Positions 29,601-41,600 of a stretch of DNA of 64,000 nt are shown here, piece by piece. The stretch is from positions 2,752,001 through 2,816,000 of the forward strand of contig OZ242008.1 of the NCBI GenBank assembly GCA_965204735.1. Reading direction: 5' to 3'. How positions within the stretch are numbered: position 1 is the first letter of the stretch; the number at the start of each line of letters is the position of its first letter. The DNA is from Longimicrobiales bacterium (GTDB lineage: Bacteria > Gemmatimonadota > Gemmatimonadetes > Longimicrobiales > Gaopeijiaceae). Position numbers and translations under genes: made by a program. The notes below the pieces were generated by a model. The model had not been told where the DNA came from. It did no database searches and saw only the letters and a list, made by a program, of their open reading frames with translations.

Positions 29601-32600
29601 CGTGTAGCGGAACGCCAGCGTCGCCGTGCCCGTGCCGCTCGCGTACGCCGCCTGCCGCGTCTGCGCCCCGATCGTCAGCGCCAGCTGCGGCGGACCCGTC
29701 ACCGTCACCCTGCGGTTGAACGTCACCTCCACCTCGATCCGCTCCGTCCGACCGTACGTGCTGTCGCTCGCCGGAGCGCTCGTGATTGCAACCCCGCTCA
29801 CCGACGCCGCCGTGAAGGTGCCGCCCGCGACTTTGTGGCCCGCGCTGTTCGACACCGCGCTTGCGCCCAGACCCAGCAGCGCGTCCGTCGTACCACCCGC
29901 CACATCGATCGTCCCGCCGTTCAGTGCCAGCGCACTCGCGCCGATGCTGAGCCCGTCGGCGTCCGTGTCGCCGCTCGCCACCACGTAGCGGAAGACCAGC
30001 GACGCCGTGCCCGTACCGCTCGCGTAGCTCGCCTGCCGCGTCTGCGTCCCAATCGTCAGTGCCAGCTGCGGCGTGCCCGTCACGTCCACCGCCTTGTTGA
30101 ACGTCACCGTCGCCGCAACCGTGTCGCCCCGCTCGAAGGTGTCGCCCACCACGGGCGACGCGATCGACAGCGCGGTCACCCCCGGCGGCCCCTGCGCGCC
30201 GTCCACCTTGTGCGACGCCGCGTTCGCGATCGCGCTCGACCCCAGGCCCAGGCTCGCCGCCGTCGAGCCGTCGCGCGCGTCTACAATCGTCCCGCCGTTG
30301 AGCGCCAGCGCACTCGCGCCGATGCTCAACCCGTCGCTGTCGGCGTCGGACGCCGCCACCGTGTAGCTGAACGTCAGCGTCTTCGTGCCGGTGCCGGAGC
30401 CGTAGTCCGCCTGCACCGTGTCGGTCCCGACGCCCAGCGCCAGCTGCGGCGTCCCCGTCACGTTCACCGGCCGCACGAACGTCACCTCGACCTCGATCTC
30501 CTCGCCCAGACCGTACGTGTCTCCGCTCGACGGAGCGCTCGAGATCGTCACGCCGCTCACCGACGACGCCGTGAACGTCCCGCCCGCAACCTTGTGCCCC
30601 GTGCTGTTCGTCACCGCGTGCGTGCCCAGACCCAAAGTCGCGTCCAGCGTGCCGCCCGACAGCCGGATCGTGCCGCTGTTCAACGCCAGCGCGCTCGTCC
30701 CGATGCTCAACCCGTCCGCGTCCACATCCGCAGTCACCACCGTGTACTGGAACACCAGCGACGTCGTGCCGCTGCCGCTCGCGTAGCTCGCCTGACGGGT
30801 CTGCGTACCGATCCCCAGCGCCAGCTGCGGCGTCCCCGTCACCGCCACCGCACGGTTGAACGTCACCGTCGCCGCAATCACGTCGCCACGCTCGAACGTG
30901 TCGCCCGTCGGAGGCGACCCGACGACCAAGCCGATCACGCCCGGCGGTCCCTGGTTGCCGTCCACCTTGTGCGCCGCGGCGTTCGCGATCGCGTTTGACC
31001 CCAGGCCCAGGCCCGCCGCCATCGTCGCGTCACGAGCGTCCGAGATCGTCCCGCCGTTCAGCGCCAATGCGCTCGCGCCGATGCTGATCCCGTTCGCGTC
31101 CGCGTCCGCAGCCGCCACCGCGTAGCCGAACGTCAGCGTCGTCGTGCCCGTCCCGCTCGCATACGACGCCTGCCGCGTTTGCGAACCGATCGTCAGCGCG
31201 ACCTGCGGCGTCCCCGTCACCGCCACGCGCCGGTCGAACGTCACCTCGACCTCGATCCGCTCCGTCCGACCGTACGTGCTGTCGCTCGCCGGGCTGCTCG
31301 ATATCGTCACGCCGCTCGCCGACGCCGCCGTGAACGTCCCGCCCGCGACTCGGCGTGCGCCGTCGTTGCTGATCGCGTGATGCGCCAAGCTCAGCAAGGC
31401 GTCCGTCGTCCCACCCGCCACGTCGATCGTCCCACCGTTCAGCGCCAGCGCGCTCGCGCCAATGCTCAACCCGTCGGCGTCGGCGTCCGCCTGCACCACC
31501 ACGTACCGGAACACCAGCGCCGTCGTCCCCGTCCCCGACGCGTAGCCCGCTTGCCGCGTCTGCGAACCGATCCCCAGCGCCAGCTGCGGCGTGCCCGTCA
31601 CGTCCACCGCCTTGTTGAACGTCACCGTCGCCGCCACCGTGTCGCCCCGCTCGAACGTGGCGCCCACCAGCGGCGCAGCCACCGACAACCCCGCCACGCC
31701 CGGCGGCCCCAAGCTGCCGTTCACCTTGTGCGACGCGTCGTTCGTCACCGCGTTCGCGCCCAGGCCCAGCGCAGCCGCCGCAGCGCCCGGACGCACGTCG
31801 TTGATGGCTCCGCCGTTCAGCGTCAATGCGCTCGCGCCGATGCTGAGCCCGTCGGTGTCCGCGTCCGCCGGACGGACCGCGTAGCCGAACACCAGCGTGT
31901 CCGTCGTGCTGGAAGCGGCCACGTAGCTCGCCTGCCGGGTCTGCGTTCCGATCGTCAGCGCCAGACGCGGCGTGCCCGTCACCGCCACCGGACGACCGAA
32001 CGCCACCTTCACCTCGATCGACTCGCCCAGCTGGTACGTGCTCGCGCTCGCCGGCGTGCTCGAGAGCGTCACGGCGCTCACCGCCGGCGTCGTGAACGTC
32101 CCACCCGCAACCTTGTGGCCCGTGCTGTTCACCACCGCGCTCGAACCCAGCCCCAAAGTCGCGTCCAGGGTGCCGCCCGCAACCCGGATTGTGCCGCCGT
32201 TCAGCGACAGCGCGCTCGCGCCGATGCTCAGCCCGTCGGCGTCCGCGTCGCCGCTCGCCACCACGTAGCGGAACACCAGCGTGTCCGTGCCCGTCCCGCT
32301 CGCGTAGCTCGCCTGCCGCGTCGCGCTCCCGATTCCCAGGGCCAGCCGCGGCGTGCCCGTCACGTCCACCGACCGGTTGAACACCAGCGACACCTCGATC
32401 GTCTCGCCCCGCTCGAAGGTGTCGCCCACCGTCGGCGCACTGATCGACAGCGCCGTCACGCCCGGCGGTCCCCGGCTCCCGTCCACCTTGTGCGCAGCCG
32501 CGTTCGCAATCGCGTTCGTCCCCAACCCCAGCGCCGCCGCCGTCGTGCCGTCGCGCGCGTCGGCGATCGTACCGCCGTTCAGCGCCAAAGCGCTCGCGCC

Positions 32601-35600
32601 GATGCCGATCCCCGTCGAGTCGCTGTCCGCAGCCGCCACCGTGTAGCGGAACGCCAGCGTCGCCGTGCCCGTGCCGCTCGCGTACGACGCCTGCCGCGTC
32701 TGCGCCCCGATCGTCAGCGCCAGCTGCGGCGGACCCGTCACCGTCACCCTGCGGTTGAACGTCACCTCCACCTCGATCCGCTCCGTCCGACCGTACGTGC
32801 TGTCGCTCGCCGGAGCGCTCGTGATCGCGACGCCGCTCACCGACGCCGCCGTGAACGTGCCGCCCGCGACTTTGTGGCCCGTGCTGTTCGACACCGCGCT
32901 CGCGCCCAGCCCCAGCAGCGCGTCCGTCGTACCGCCGGCCACGTCGATCGTCCCCCCGTTCAGCGCCAGCGCGCTCGCGCCGATGCTGAGCCCGTCCGCG
33001 TCCGCGTCGCCGCTCGCCACCACGTAGCGGAAGACCAGCGACGCCGTGCCCGTGCCGCTCGCGTAGCTCGCCTGCCGCGTCGCAGAGCCGATCGTCAGCG
33101 CCAGCTGCGGCGTGCCCGTCACGTCCACCGCCTTGTTGAACGTCACCGTCGCCGCAACCGTGTCGCCCCGCTCGAAGGTGTCGCCCACCACAGGCGACGC
33201 GATCGACAGCGCGGTCACCCCCGGCGGCCCCTGCGCGCCGTCCACCTTGTGCGACGCCGCGTTCGCGATCGCGTTCGTCCCCAGGCCCAGGCTTGCCGCC
33301 GTCGAGCCGTCGCGCGCGTCTACAATCGTCCCGCCGTTGAGCGTCAGCGCGCTCGCACCGATGCTCAACCCGTCGCTGTCGGCGTCGGACGCCGCCACCG
33401 TGTAGCTGAACGCCAGCGTCTTCGTGCCGGTGCCGGAGCCGTAGTCCGCCTGCACCGTGTCGGTCCCGACGCCCAGCGCCAGCTGCGGCGTCCCCGTCAC
33501 GCTCACCGCGCGAACGAACGACGCCTCGACCTCGATCTCCTCGCCCAGACCGTAGGTGTCCCCGCTCGACGGAGCGCTCGAGATCGTCACGCCGCTCACC
33601 GACGACGCCGTGAACGTCCCGCCCGCTACCTTGTGCCCCGTGCTGTTCGATATCGCGTGCGTGCCCAGACCCAAAGTCGCGTCCAGCGTGCCGCCCGACA
33701 AACGGATCGTGCCGCTGTTCAACGCCAACGCGCTCGTCCCGATGCTCAACCCGTCCGCGTCCACGTCCGCAGTCACCACCGTGTACCGGAACACCAGCGC
33801 CGTCGTGCCGCTGCCGCTCGCGTAGCTCGCCTGACGGGTCTGCGTACCGATCCCCAGCGCCAGCTGCGGCGTACCCGTCACCGCCACCGCACGGTTGAAC
33901 GTCAACGTCGCCGCAATCACATCGCCACGCTCGAACGTGTCGCCCGTCGGCGGCGACGCGACGACCAAGCCGATCACGCCCGGCGGTCCTTGGTTGCCGT
34001 CCACCTTGTGCGCCGCAGCGTTCGCGATCGCGTAGCTCCCCAGGCCCAGGCCCGCCGCCATCGTCGCGTCACGAGCGTCCGCAATCGTCCCGCCGTTCAG
34101 CGCCAATGCGCTCGCGCCGATGCTGATCCCGTTCGCGTCCGCATCCGCAGTCGCCACCGTGTAGCCGAACGTCAGCGTCGTCGTCCCTGTCCCGCTCGCA
34201 TACGACGCCTGCCGCGTTTGCGAACCGATCGTCAGCGCCAGCTGCGGCGTCCCCGTCACCGCTACGCGCCGGTCGAACGTCACTTCGACCTCGATCCGCT
34301 CCGTCCGACCGTACGTGCTGTCGCTCGCCGGGCTGCTCGATATCGTCACGCCGCTCGCCGACGCCGCCGTGAACGTCCCGCCCGCCACGCGGCGCGCGCC
34401 GTCGTTGCTGATCGCGTGATGCGCCAAGCTCAGCAAGGCGTCCGTCGTCCCACCCGCCACGTCGATCGTCCCACCGTTCAGCGCCAGCGCGCTCGCGCCA
34501 ATGCTCAACCCGTCGGCGTCGGCGTCCGCCTGCACCACCACGTACCGGAACACCAGCGCCGTCGTCCCCGTCCCCGACGCGTAGCCCGCTTGCCGCGTCT
34601 GCGAACCGATCCCCAGCGCCAGCTGCGGCGTGCCCGTCACGTCCACCGCCTTGTTGAACGTCACCGTCGCCGCCACCGTGTCGCCCCGCTCGAACGTGGC
34701 GCCCACCAGCGGCGCAGCCACCGACAACCCCGCCACGCCCGGCGGCCCCAAGCTGCCGTTCACCTTGTGCGACGCGTCGTTCGTCACCGCGTTCGCGCCC
34801 AGACCCAGCCCAGCAGCCGCAGCGCCCGGGCGCACGTCCGCAATCGTCCCGCCGTTCAGCGTCAAAGCGCTCGCGCCGATGCTGACCCCGTCGGTGTCCG
34901 CGTCCGCCGGACGGACCGCGTAGCCGAACACCAGCGTGTCCGCCGTGCTGGAAGCGGCCACGTAGCTCGCCTGCCGGGTCTGCGTCCCGATCGTCAGCGC
35001 CAGACGCGGCGTGCCCGTCACCGCCACCGGTCGGCCGAACGCCACCTTCACCTCAATCGACTCGCCCAGCTGGTACGTGCTCGCGCTCGCCGGCGTGCTC
35101 GAGATCGTCACGCCGCTCACCGACGCCGCCGTGAAGGTGTTGCCCGCCACCTTGTGGCCCGAGCTGTTCGACACCGCGTGGGCGCCCAGGCCCAGCACCG
35201 CGTCCGTCGTCCCGCCCGCCACGTCGATCGTCCCGCCGTTCAGCGCCAGCGCGCCCGCCCCGATGCTGAGCCCGTCCGCGTCCACGTCGCCACTCGCCAC
35301 CACGTAGCGGAAGACCAGCGCCGTCGTCCCGGTCCCGCCGGCGTAAGAGGCCTGCTTCGTCGCCGTCCCGATCGTCAGCGCCAGCTGCGGCGTCCCCGTC
35401 ACGTCCACCGCCTGGTCGAACGTCACCGTCACGGCAATCGTGTCGTGCCGCTCGAAGACGTCGCCCACCACCGGCGACCCGACCGCCACGCCCGTCACCC
35501 CCGGCGGACCCTGGGAGCCGTCCACCTTGTGGGCCGCCGCGGCGGCGATCGCGTTCGAGCCCAGGCCCAGCGTCGCGTCGGCGCCCACGCTACTCCGAAT

Positions 35601-38600
35601 CGTGCCGCCGTTCAGCGCCAGCGCGCTCGCACCGACGGCGATCCCGTCCGAGTCCGAGTCCGCCGCCGTCACCACGTAGCGGAACGTCAGCGCCGTCGTG
35701 CCGCTCCCGCTCGCATACGACGCCTGCCGCGTCTGGGCGCCGATCGCCAGCGCCAGCTGCGGCGCGCCCGTCACCGTCACGGGAACGTTGAACCCGATCT
35801 CCACCACGATCGCGTCGTGGGCGAAGTACGTGCTGTCGGCCCCTGCGTCGCTGCCGATCGTCGCGGCGCGCACCGTCGGCGTCGTTGCCGAGGAGCCGTC
35901 CACCTTGTGGTCCGGGGAGTTCGAGAACGCGTTCACGAAGAGGCTGAGGTTCGCGTTCGTCCCGGCGGCGCTGCGGATCGTGCCGCCGTTGAGCGCCAGG
36001 GCCGTCGGGCCGACGCTGATCCCGTTCGAGTCCGAGTCCGCCGTCTGCACGACGTAGTCGAAGGCGAGCGCCGCGGTCCCGCTCCCGCTCGCGTAGTCGG
36101 CCTGGCGGGTCGCGTTGCCGACCGTCAGCGCGAGCTGCGGGGTTCCGGTCACCGTCACCGGTATCTGGAAGACTACCGAGACCGTGATCTTCTCGCCTCC
36201 GCCGTAGGTGTCGCCGCTGGCCGGCGCGCTGGAGACCGACATCGAGCTCACGAGCGGGGCCGTCGCGGCGCCGTTCACCTTGTGGCCCCCGGCGTTCGCG
36301 ATCGCGTGGCCGCCCAGCGCCAGCGTGGCGTTGGTGCCCGACCCGCTTCGGATCGTGCCGCCGTTCAGCGTCAGGGCGCCGGCGCCCACGCTGATGCCGT
36401 CGTCGTCGCGGTCCGTCGCCAGCGTCACGTAGTCGAAGACCAGCGCCGTCGTTCCGCTCCCGCTGGCGTAGGCCACCTGCCGGGTCGCGCTCCCCACCGC
36501 GACCGCGAGCTGCGGGGCGCCGGTCACCGTCACCGGAATGCTGAACCCGACGCGCACCGAGATCGTCTCGCCCGCGCCGTAGGTGTCGCTCCCGGCCGGC
36601 GAGCTGGCGACCGCAGCGCTGGTCACGACCGGGACCGTCGACGTTCCGTCCACCTTGTGGGCCGCCGCGTCGGCGATCGCGAACGTCCCCAGGCTCAGGG
36701 CAGCGTTGGTGCCGGCCCCGCTCTGAAGCGCGCCGCCGTTCAGCGTCAGCGCGTTCGCCGCGACGGCGATCCCGTTGCCGTCCACGTCCGTGGCCCGGAC
36801 GGTGTAGCTGAACGTCAGCGTCTTGGTCCCCGTCCCGCCTGCGTACGCCGCCTGCCCGGCGCCCGTCCCGATCGTCAGCGCCAGCTGCGGCGTGCCCGTC
36901 ACCGTCACCGGTATCTGGAACGCGACCTCGACCGACACCGCGTCGCCGGCGGCGTACGTGCTGTCGCTCCCCGCGTCGCTGACGATCGTCGCGCCGGTCA
37001 CGGCTGGCACCGTGGCAGCCCCGTTCACCTTGTGGGCCGAAGCGTCGGCGATGGCGTAGGAGCCCAAGCCGAGCGCGGCGTCGGTGCCCACCGAACTCCG
37101 GACCGTGCCGCCGTTCAGCTCCAGCGCCCCCGCTGCCAGCGAGATGCCGTCGGCGTCGGCGTCGGTCGCGTCCACCACGTACTCGAACCGAAGGCTGGTG
37201 TTGCCGCTGCCGCTCGCGTAGTCGGCGTGCCGGGTCGCCGCGCCGATCGTCAGCGCCGCGCGAGGCGTGCCCGTCACCGTCACCGGGAAGTCGAACCCGA
37301 TCTCGACGGCGATCGTCTCGCCCGCGCCGTAGCTGTCGCCGCTGGCCGGCGTGCTCGCTATCGAGGCAGCGTTCACCGTCGGCGCCGTCGACGTTCCGTC
37401 CACCTTGTGGCCGGCCGCGTCCGCGATGGCGTGGGCGCCCAGCCCGAGCCCGGCGTTCGTTCCCACGCCGCTCCTGATCGTGCCGCCGTTCAGTCCCAGC
37501 GCGCTCGCCCCCACGGCGATCCCGGTCGAGTCCGAATCGGCCAGAACCACCGTGTAGCGGAACGTCAGCGTCTTCGTGTTCGTGCCCGAGACGTACGCCG
37601 CCTGGCGCGTCTGCGCGCCGATCGTCAGCGCCAGCTGCGGCGCGCCCGTCACCGCCACGGGAACGTCGAAGCCGACGGCCACGGCGATCGCCTCTCCGGC
37701 GTAGTAGGTGTCGCCGCTGGCCGGCGCGCTGGTCACCGCCGCCGACACCACCGCCGGCGTCGTGGCGCTGGCGCCGTTCACCTTGTGGGCCGAAGCGTTG
37801 GCTATGGCGTGACCGCCCAGGCCGAGCGCCGCCGTCGCGCCCGCCGTGCTGGCGATCGTGCCGCCGTTCAGCCCGAGCGCGCTCGCCCCCACGCTGATCC
37901 CGTCCGCGTCCACGTCCGCCGACTGGACGACGTAGCCGAACGTCAGACCGGCGCCGTCGCCGCCCAGGAGCGCCGCCTGGCGAGTGGCCGCGCCCACGCC
38001 CAGCGCCAGCTGCGGGCTTCCGGTCGTCCGCACCTCGAGGTTGAAGCCGACCTTCACTTCGATCCGCTCGCCGGCGCCGTAGGTGTCGCCGCTCACCGGC
38101 GCGCTCGTCACCGAGACGGAAGTCGCCTCCGGCGTCGTGGCCGTGCTGCCCGACACCTTGTGGCCCGACGCGTTGGCCACCGCGTGGGCGCCCAGCCCCA
38201 GCGCGGCCGCCGTCCCGATCGTGCTCAAGATCGTGCCGCCGTTCAGCGAGAGCGCGTTCGCCGCGATCGAGATGCCGTCGGCGTCGGCGTCGGACGACAG
38301 CACCGTGTAGTCGAAGTACATCGACTGGCCCGAGAGCCGGGCGAACTCCGCCTGCCGCGTCTGCGATCCGACGGCCAGCGCCAGCCGGGGCGCCCCCGCA
38401 ACCACGATCGGCAGCTGGAACGACACCCTGGCCGTGATCTTCTCGCCCGCGCCGTAGGTGTCGCCGCTCGCCGGCGCGCTCGTGATCGACACCGCGCTCA
38501 CCGCCGGCGCCGTCGCCGTGCTGCCCGACACCTTGTGGCCCGAGGCGTCGGCCACCGCGTGCGCGCCCAGTCCGAGACCCGCGGCGGCCCCGGCCCCGCT

Positions 38601-41600
38601 CCGAATCGTCGCGCCGTTCAGCGTCAGCGCGCTCGCCCCGATGGATACCCCGTCGGCGTCCGCGTCCGCCGCCTGCACCACGTAGCCGAAGTGGAGCGAC
38701 TGTCCCGACGCGCGGCTCAACGTCGCCTGGCGCGTCTGCGCTCCGACGGTCAGCGCCAGCCGGGGACTGCCGACGACCGTGATCGGAACCGCCGCGCCGA
38801 ACCGAACGTGCACGTCGATCCGCTCCCCGCCGCCGTACGTGTCGCCGCTGGACGGACTGCTCGTGATCTGCACGAAGTCGACGAACGGGGCCGTCGCCGT
38901 CGCCCCGTTCACCTTGTGGGCCGCGTTCGCCGTGAAGGCGCGGGCGCCCAAGGAAAGCTGGGCCGACGCGCCGCCCGGACCCGATATCGTGCCGCCGCCG
39001 AGCGTCAGCGCGGCAGCCGCGACCCCGATCCCGTCGGCGTCCACGTCCCCGCTCCGCACCGTGTACGCGAACCGGACCGTGCGCTCCCGCACGCGCTCCA
39101 TGGCCGCCTGCCGCGCGGCGGCGCCGATCGTCAGCGCCAGCCGGGGCGATCCCGTGACCGTCAGCACCGCGCTGAACTCCACGTCCACCCGCACCACCTC
39201 GCCCGCGCCGTAGGTGTCGCCGCTCACCGGCGTCCCCACGAACCGCACCGCCGTCACGACGGGCGCCGACGTCGGAGTCGCCCTCGCCTCCTCGCTCGCG
39301 TGCCCCGACCCCACCGAGTTCTGCGCCCGAACCTGGAACTTGTACTCGGTTCCGTTCGACAGCGACGGGACGACGTGGCTCGTCGTGCTCGCGTCGCTCC
39401 CCGAGATGTCCGTCCAGCGCGAAAACGGCTCGGTGGCAATCGCCTGGCGGAACTGGTAGCCGGTGAGCGTCGTGTCCGACGGGTCCGTCCAGCTCAACGT
39501 GACCTGCGCGTTGCCCGGACTCGCCGAGAAGCCCGTGGGCGCCGCCGGCGTTCCCAGCAACCCGTCCACCTTGTGGCCGGCGCTGTTTTCGATCGCGTAC
39601 CGGCCGATCGTCGGAGAAGCGATGCTGAAGCGCGTGTTCACCCAGCCGGCGGTGAAGTCCAGCGCGTTGGGACCGATGCTGATCCCGTCGCTGTCCGCGT
39701 CGGCCGCCGTGACCGTGTACTGGAAGCGCGCGCTCGTGAGGCCGGTGCCCGAGTACGCCGCGTCCCGCGTCGCCGTCCCCACGCCGATCTTCAGCACCGG
39801 CGAGCCCGTGACGCGGGGACGGAACGCCGAGAACGACACCGTGACTTCGATCGTCTGGCCGGGCCCGTACGTGTCGTCCGCGGTCGGCGAACTCGTGATC
39901 TGCACGCCGGTGACCCAGATGTCGCTGGGCCGGGCCAGCGCGAAGCTCGCGCGTCCCGCCCTGGAGCCGGCCACCGCCCGGAGCTCGAAGCGGTAGTCCA
40001 CCTGGTCCGTCAGCGACGAGACCGTGTGACTGGTCGTGCTCGCGCCGCTGCTCGGCACGTCCGTCCACGCCGTGAAGCTGCCCGAGCTCGACTCGTTGCG
40101 GTGGCGGACCTGGTACTTGGTGATCGTCGTGTCGCTCGGATCGGTCCAGCGCAGCTGAACTGCGCCGCTGGCCGTCGGCGTCGCCGTGAGGCCGCTGGGC
40201 GCCGCCAGCGTCGCGAGGCTGCCGTTCACCTTGTGCGCCGCGCTGTTCGACACGGCGTTCGCGCCCAGACCCAAGCCGGCAGCCGTGGCCCCGTCCCGCG
40301 CGTCCGCGATTCCGCCGCCGTTCAGCGTCAGCGCGCCGGCCCCGATGCTGATCCCGTCGGAGTCGCTGTCCGTCGCCGCCACCGCGTAGCGGAACGCCAG
40401 CGTCGAAGTCCCCGTGCCGGCAGCGTAGTCGGCCTGGCGCGTCGCCGCGCCGATCGTCAGCGCCAGCTGCGGCGTCCCCGTCACCGCCACCGAGCGGGCG
40501 AACGTCACCTCCACCTCGATCCGGTCGCCCGCGCCGTAGGTGCTGTCGCTGGCCGGGCGGCTCGTGATCGACACGCCCGTCACCGCCGCCGCCGTGAACG
40601 TCCCTCCCGCCACCTTGTGGCCCGAGCTGTTCGACACCGCGTGAGAGCCCAGCCCGAGCGCAGCGTCCGTCGTCTCGCCCGCCTCGTCGATCGTCCCGCC
40701 GTTCAGCGCCAACGCGCCCGCGCCGATGCTCAACCCGTCCGCGTCCGCGTCGCCGCTCGCCACCACGTAGCGGAAGACCAGCGACGCCGTACCCGTCCCG
40801 CTGGCGTAGCCCGCCTGCCGCGTCGCCGCGCCGATCGTCAGCGCCAGCTGCGGCGTCCCCGTCACGTCCACCGCCTTGTGGAACGTCACCGTGACGGCAA
40901 TCGTGTCGCCCCGCTCGAACGTGTCGCCCACCACCGGCGACCCCACGGCCACGCCCGTCACCGTCGGCGGACCCCGCGTTCCGTCCACCTTGTGCGCCGC
41001 CGCGGCGGCGATTGCGTTCGTGCCCAGGCCCAGGCTGGCCGCCGTCGTCCCGTCCCGGGCGTCGGCGATCGCCCCGCCGTTCAGCCCCAGCGCGCTCGCG
41101 CCGATCCCGAGCCCGTCGCTGTCGGCGTCCGCGACCCCCACCGTGTAGGCGAACGACAGCGTGTCCGTACCCGTGCCCGAGCCGTAGTCGGCCTGCCGCG
41201 TCGCCGCGCCGATCGTCAGCGCCAGCTGCGGCGTCCCCGTCACGCTCACGCGACGGCTGAACACCAGCTTCACTTCGATCCGCTCGTTCAGGCCGTAGGT
41301 GCTGTCGCTTGCCGGGCTGCTCGCGATCGCCACGCCGCTCACCGCCGCCGCCGTGAACGTCCCGCCCGCCACCTTGTGGCCCGCGCTGTTCGACACCGCG
41401 TGCGCGCCCAGCCCCAGAAACGCGTCCGTCGTCCCGCCCGCCACATCGATCGTCCCGCCGTTCAGCGCCAGCGCGCCGGCGTCGATGCTGAGCCCGTCCG
41501 CGTCCGCGTCGCCCGAAGCCACCACGTAGCGGAAGACCAGCGACGCCGTACCCGTCCCGCTGGCGTAGCCTGCCTGCCGCGTCGCCGCGCCGATCGCCAG

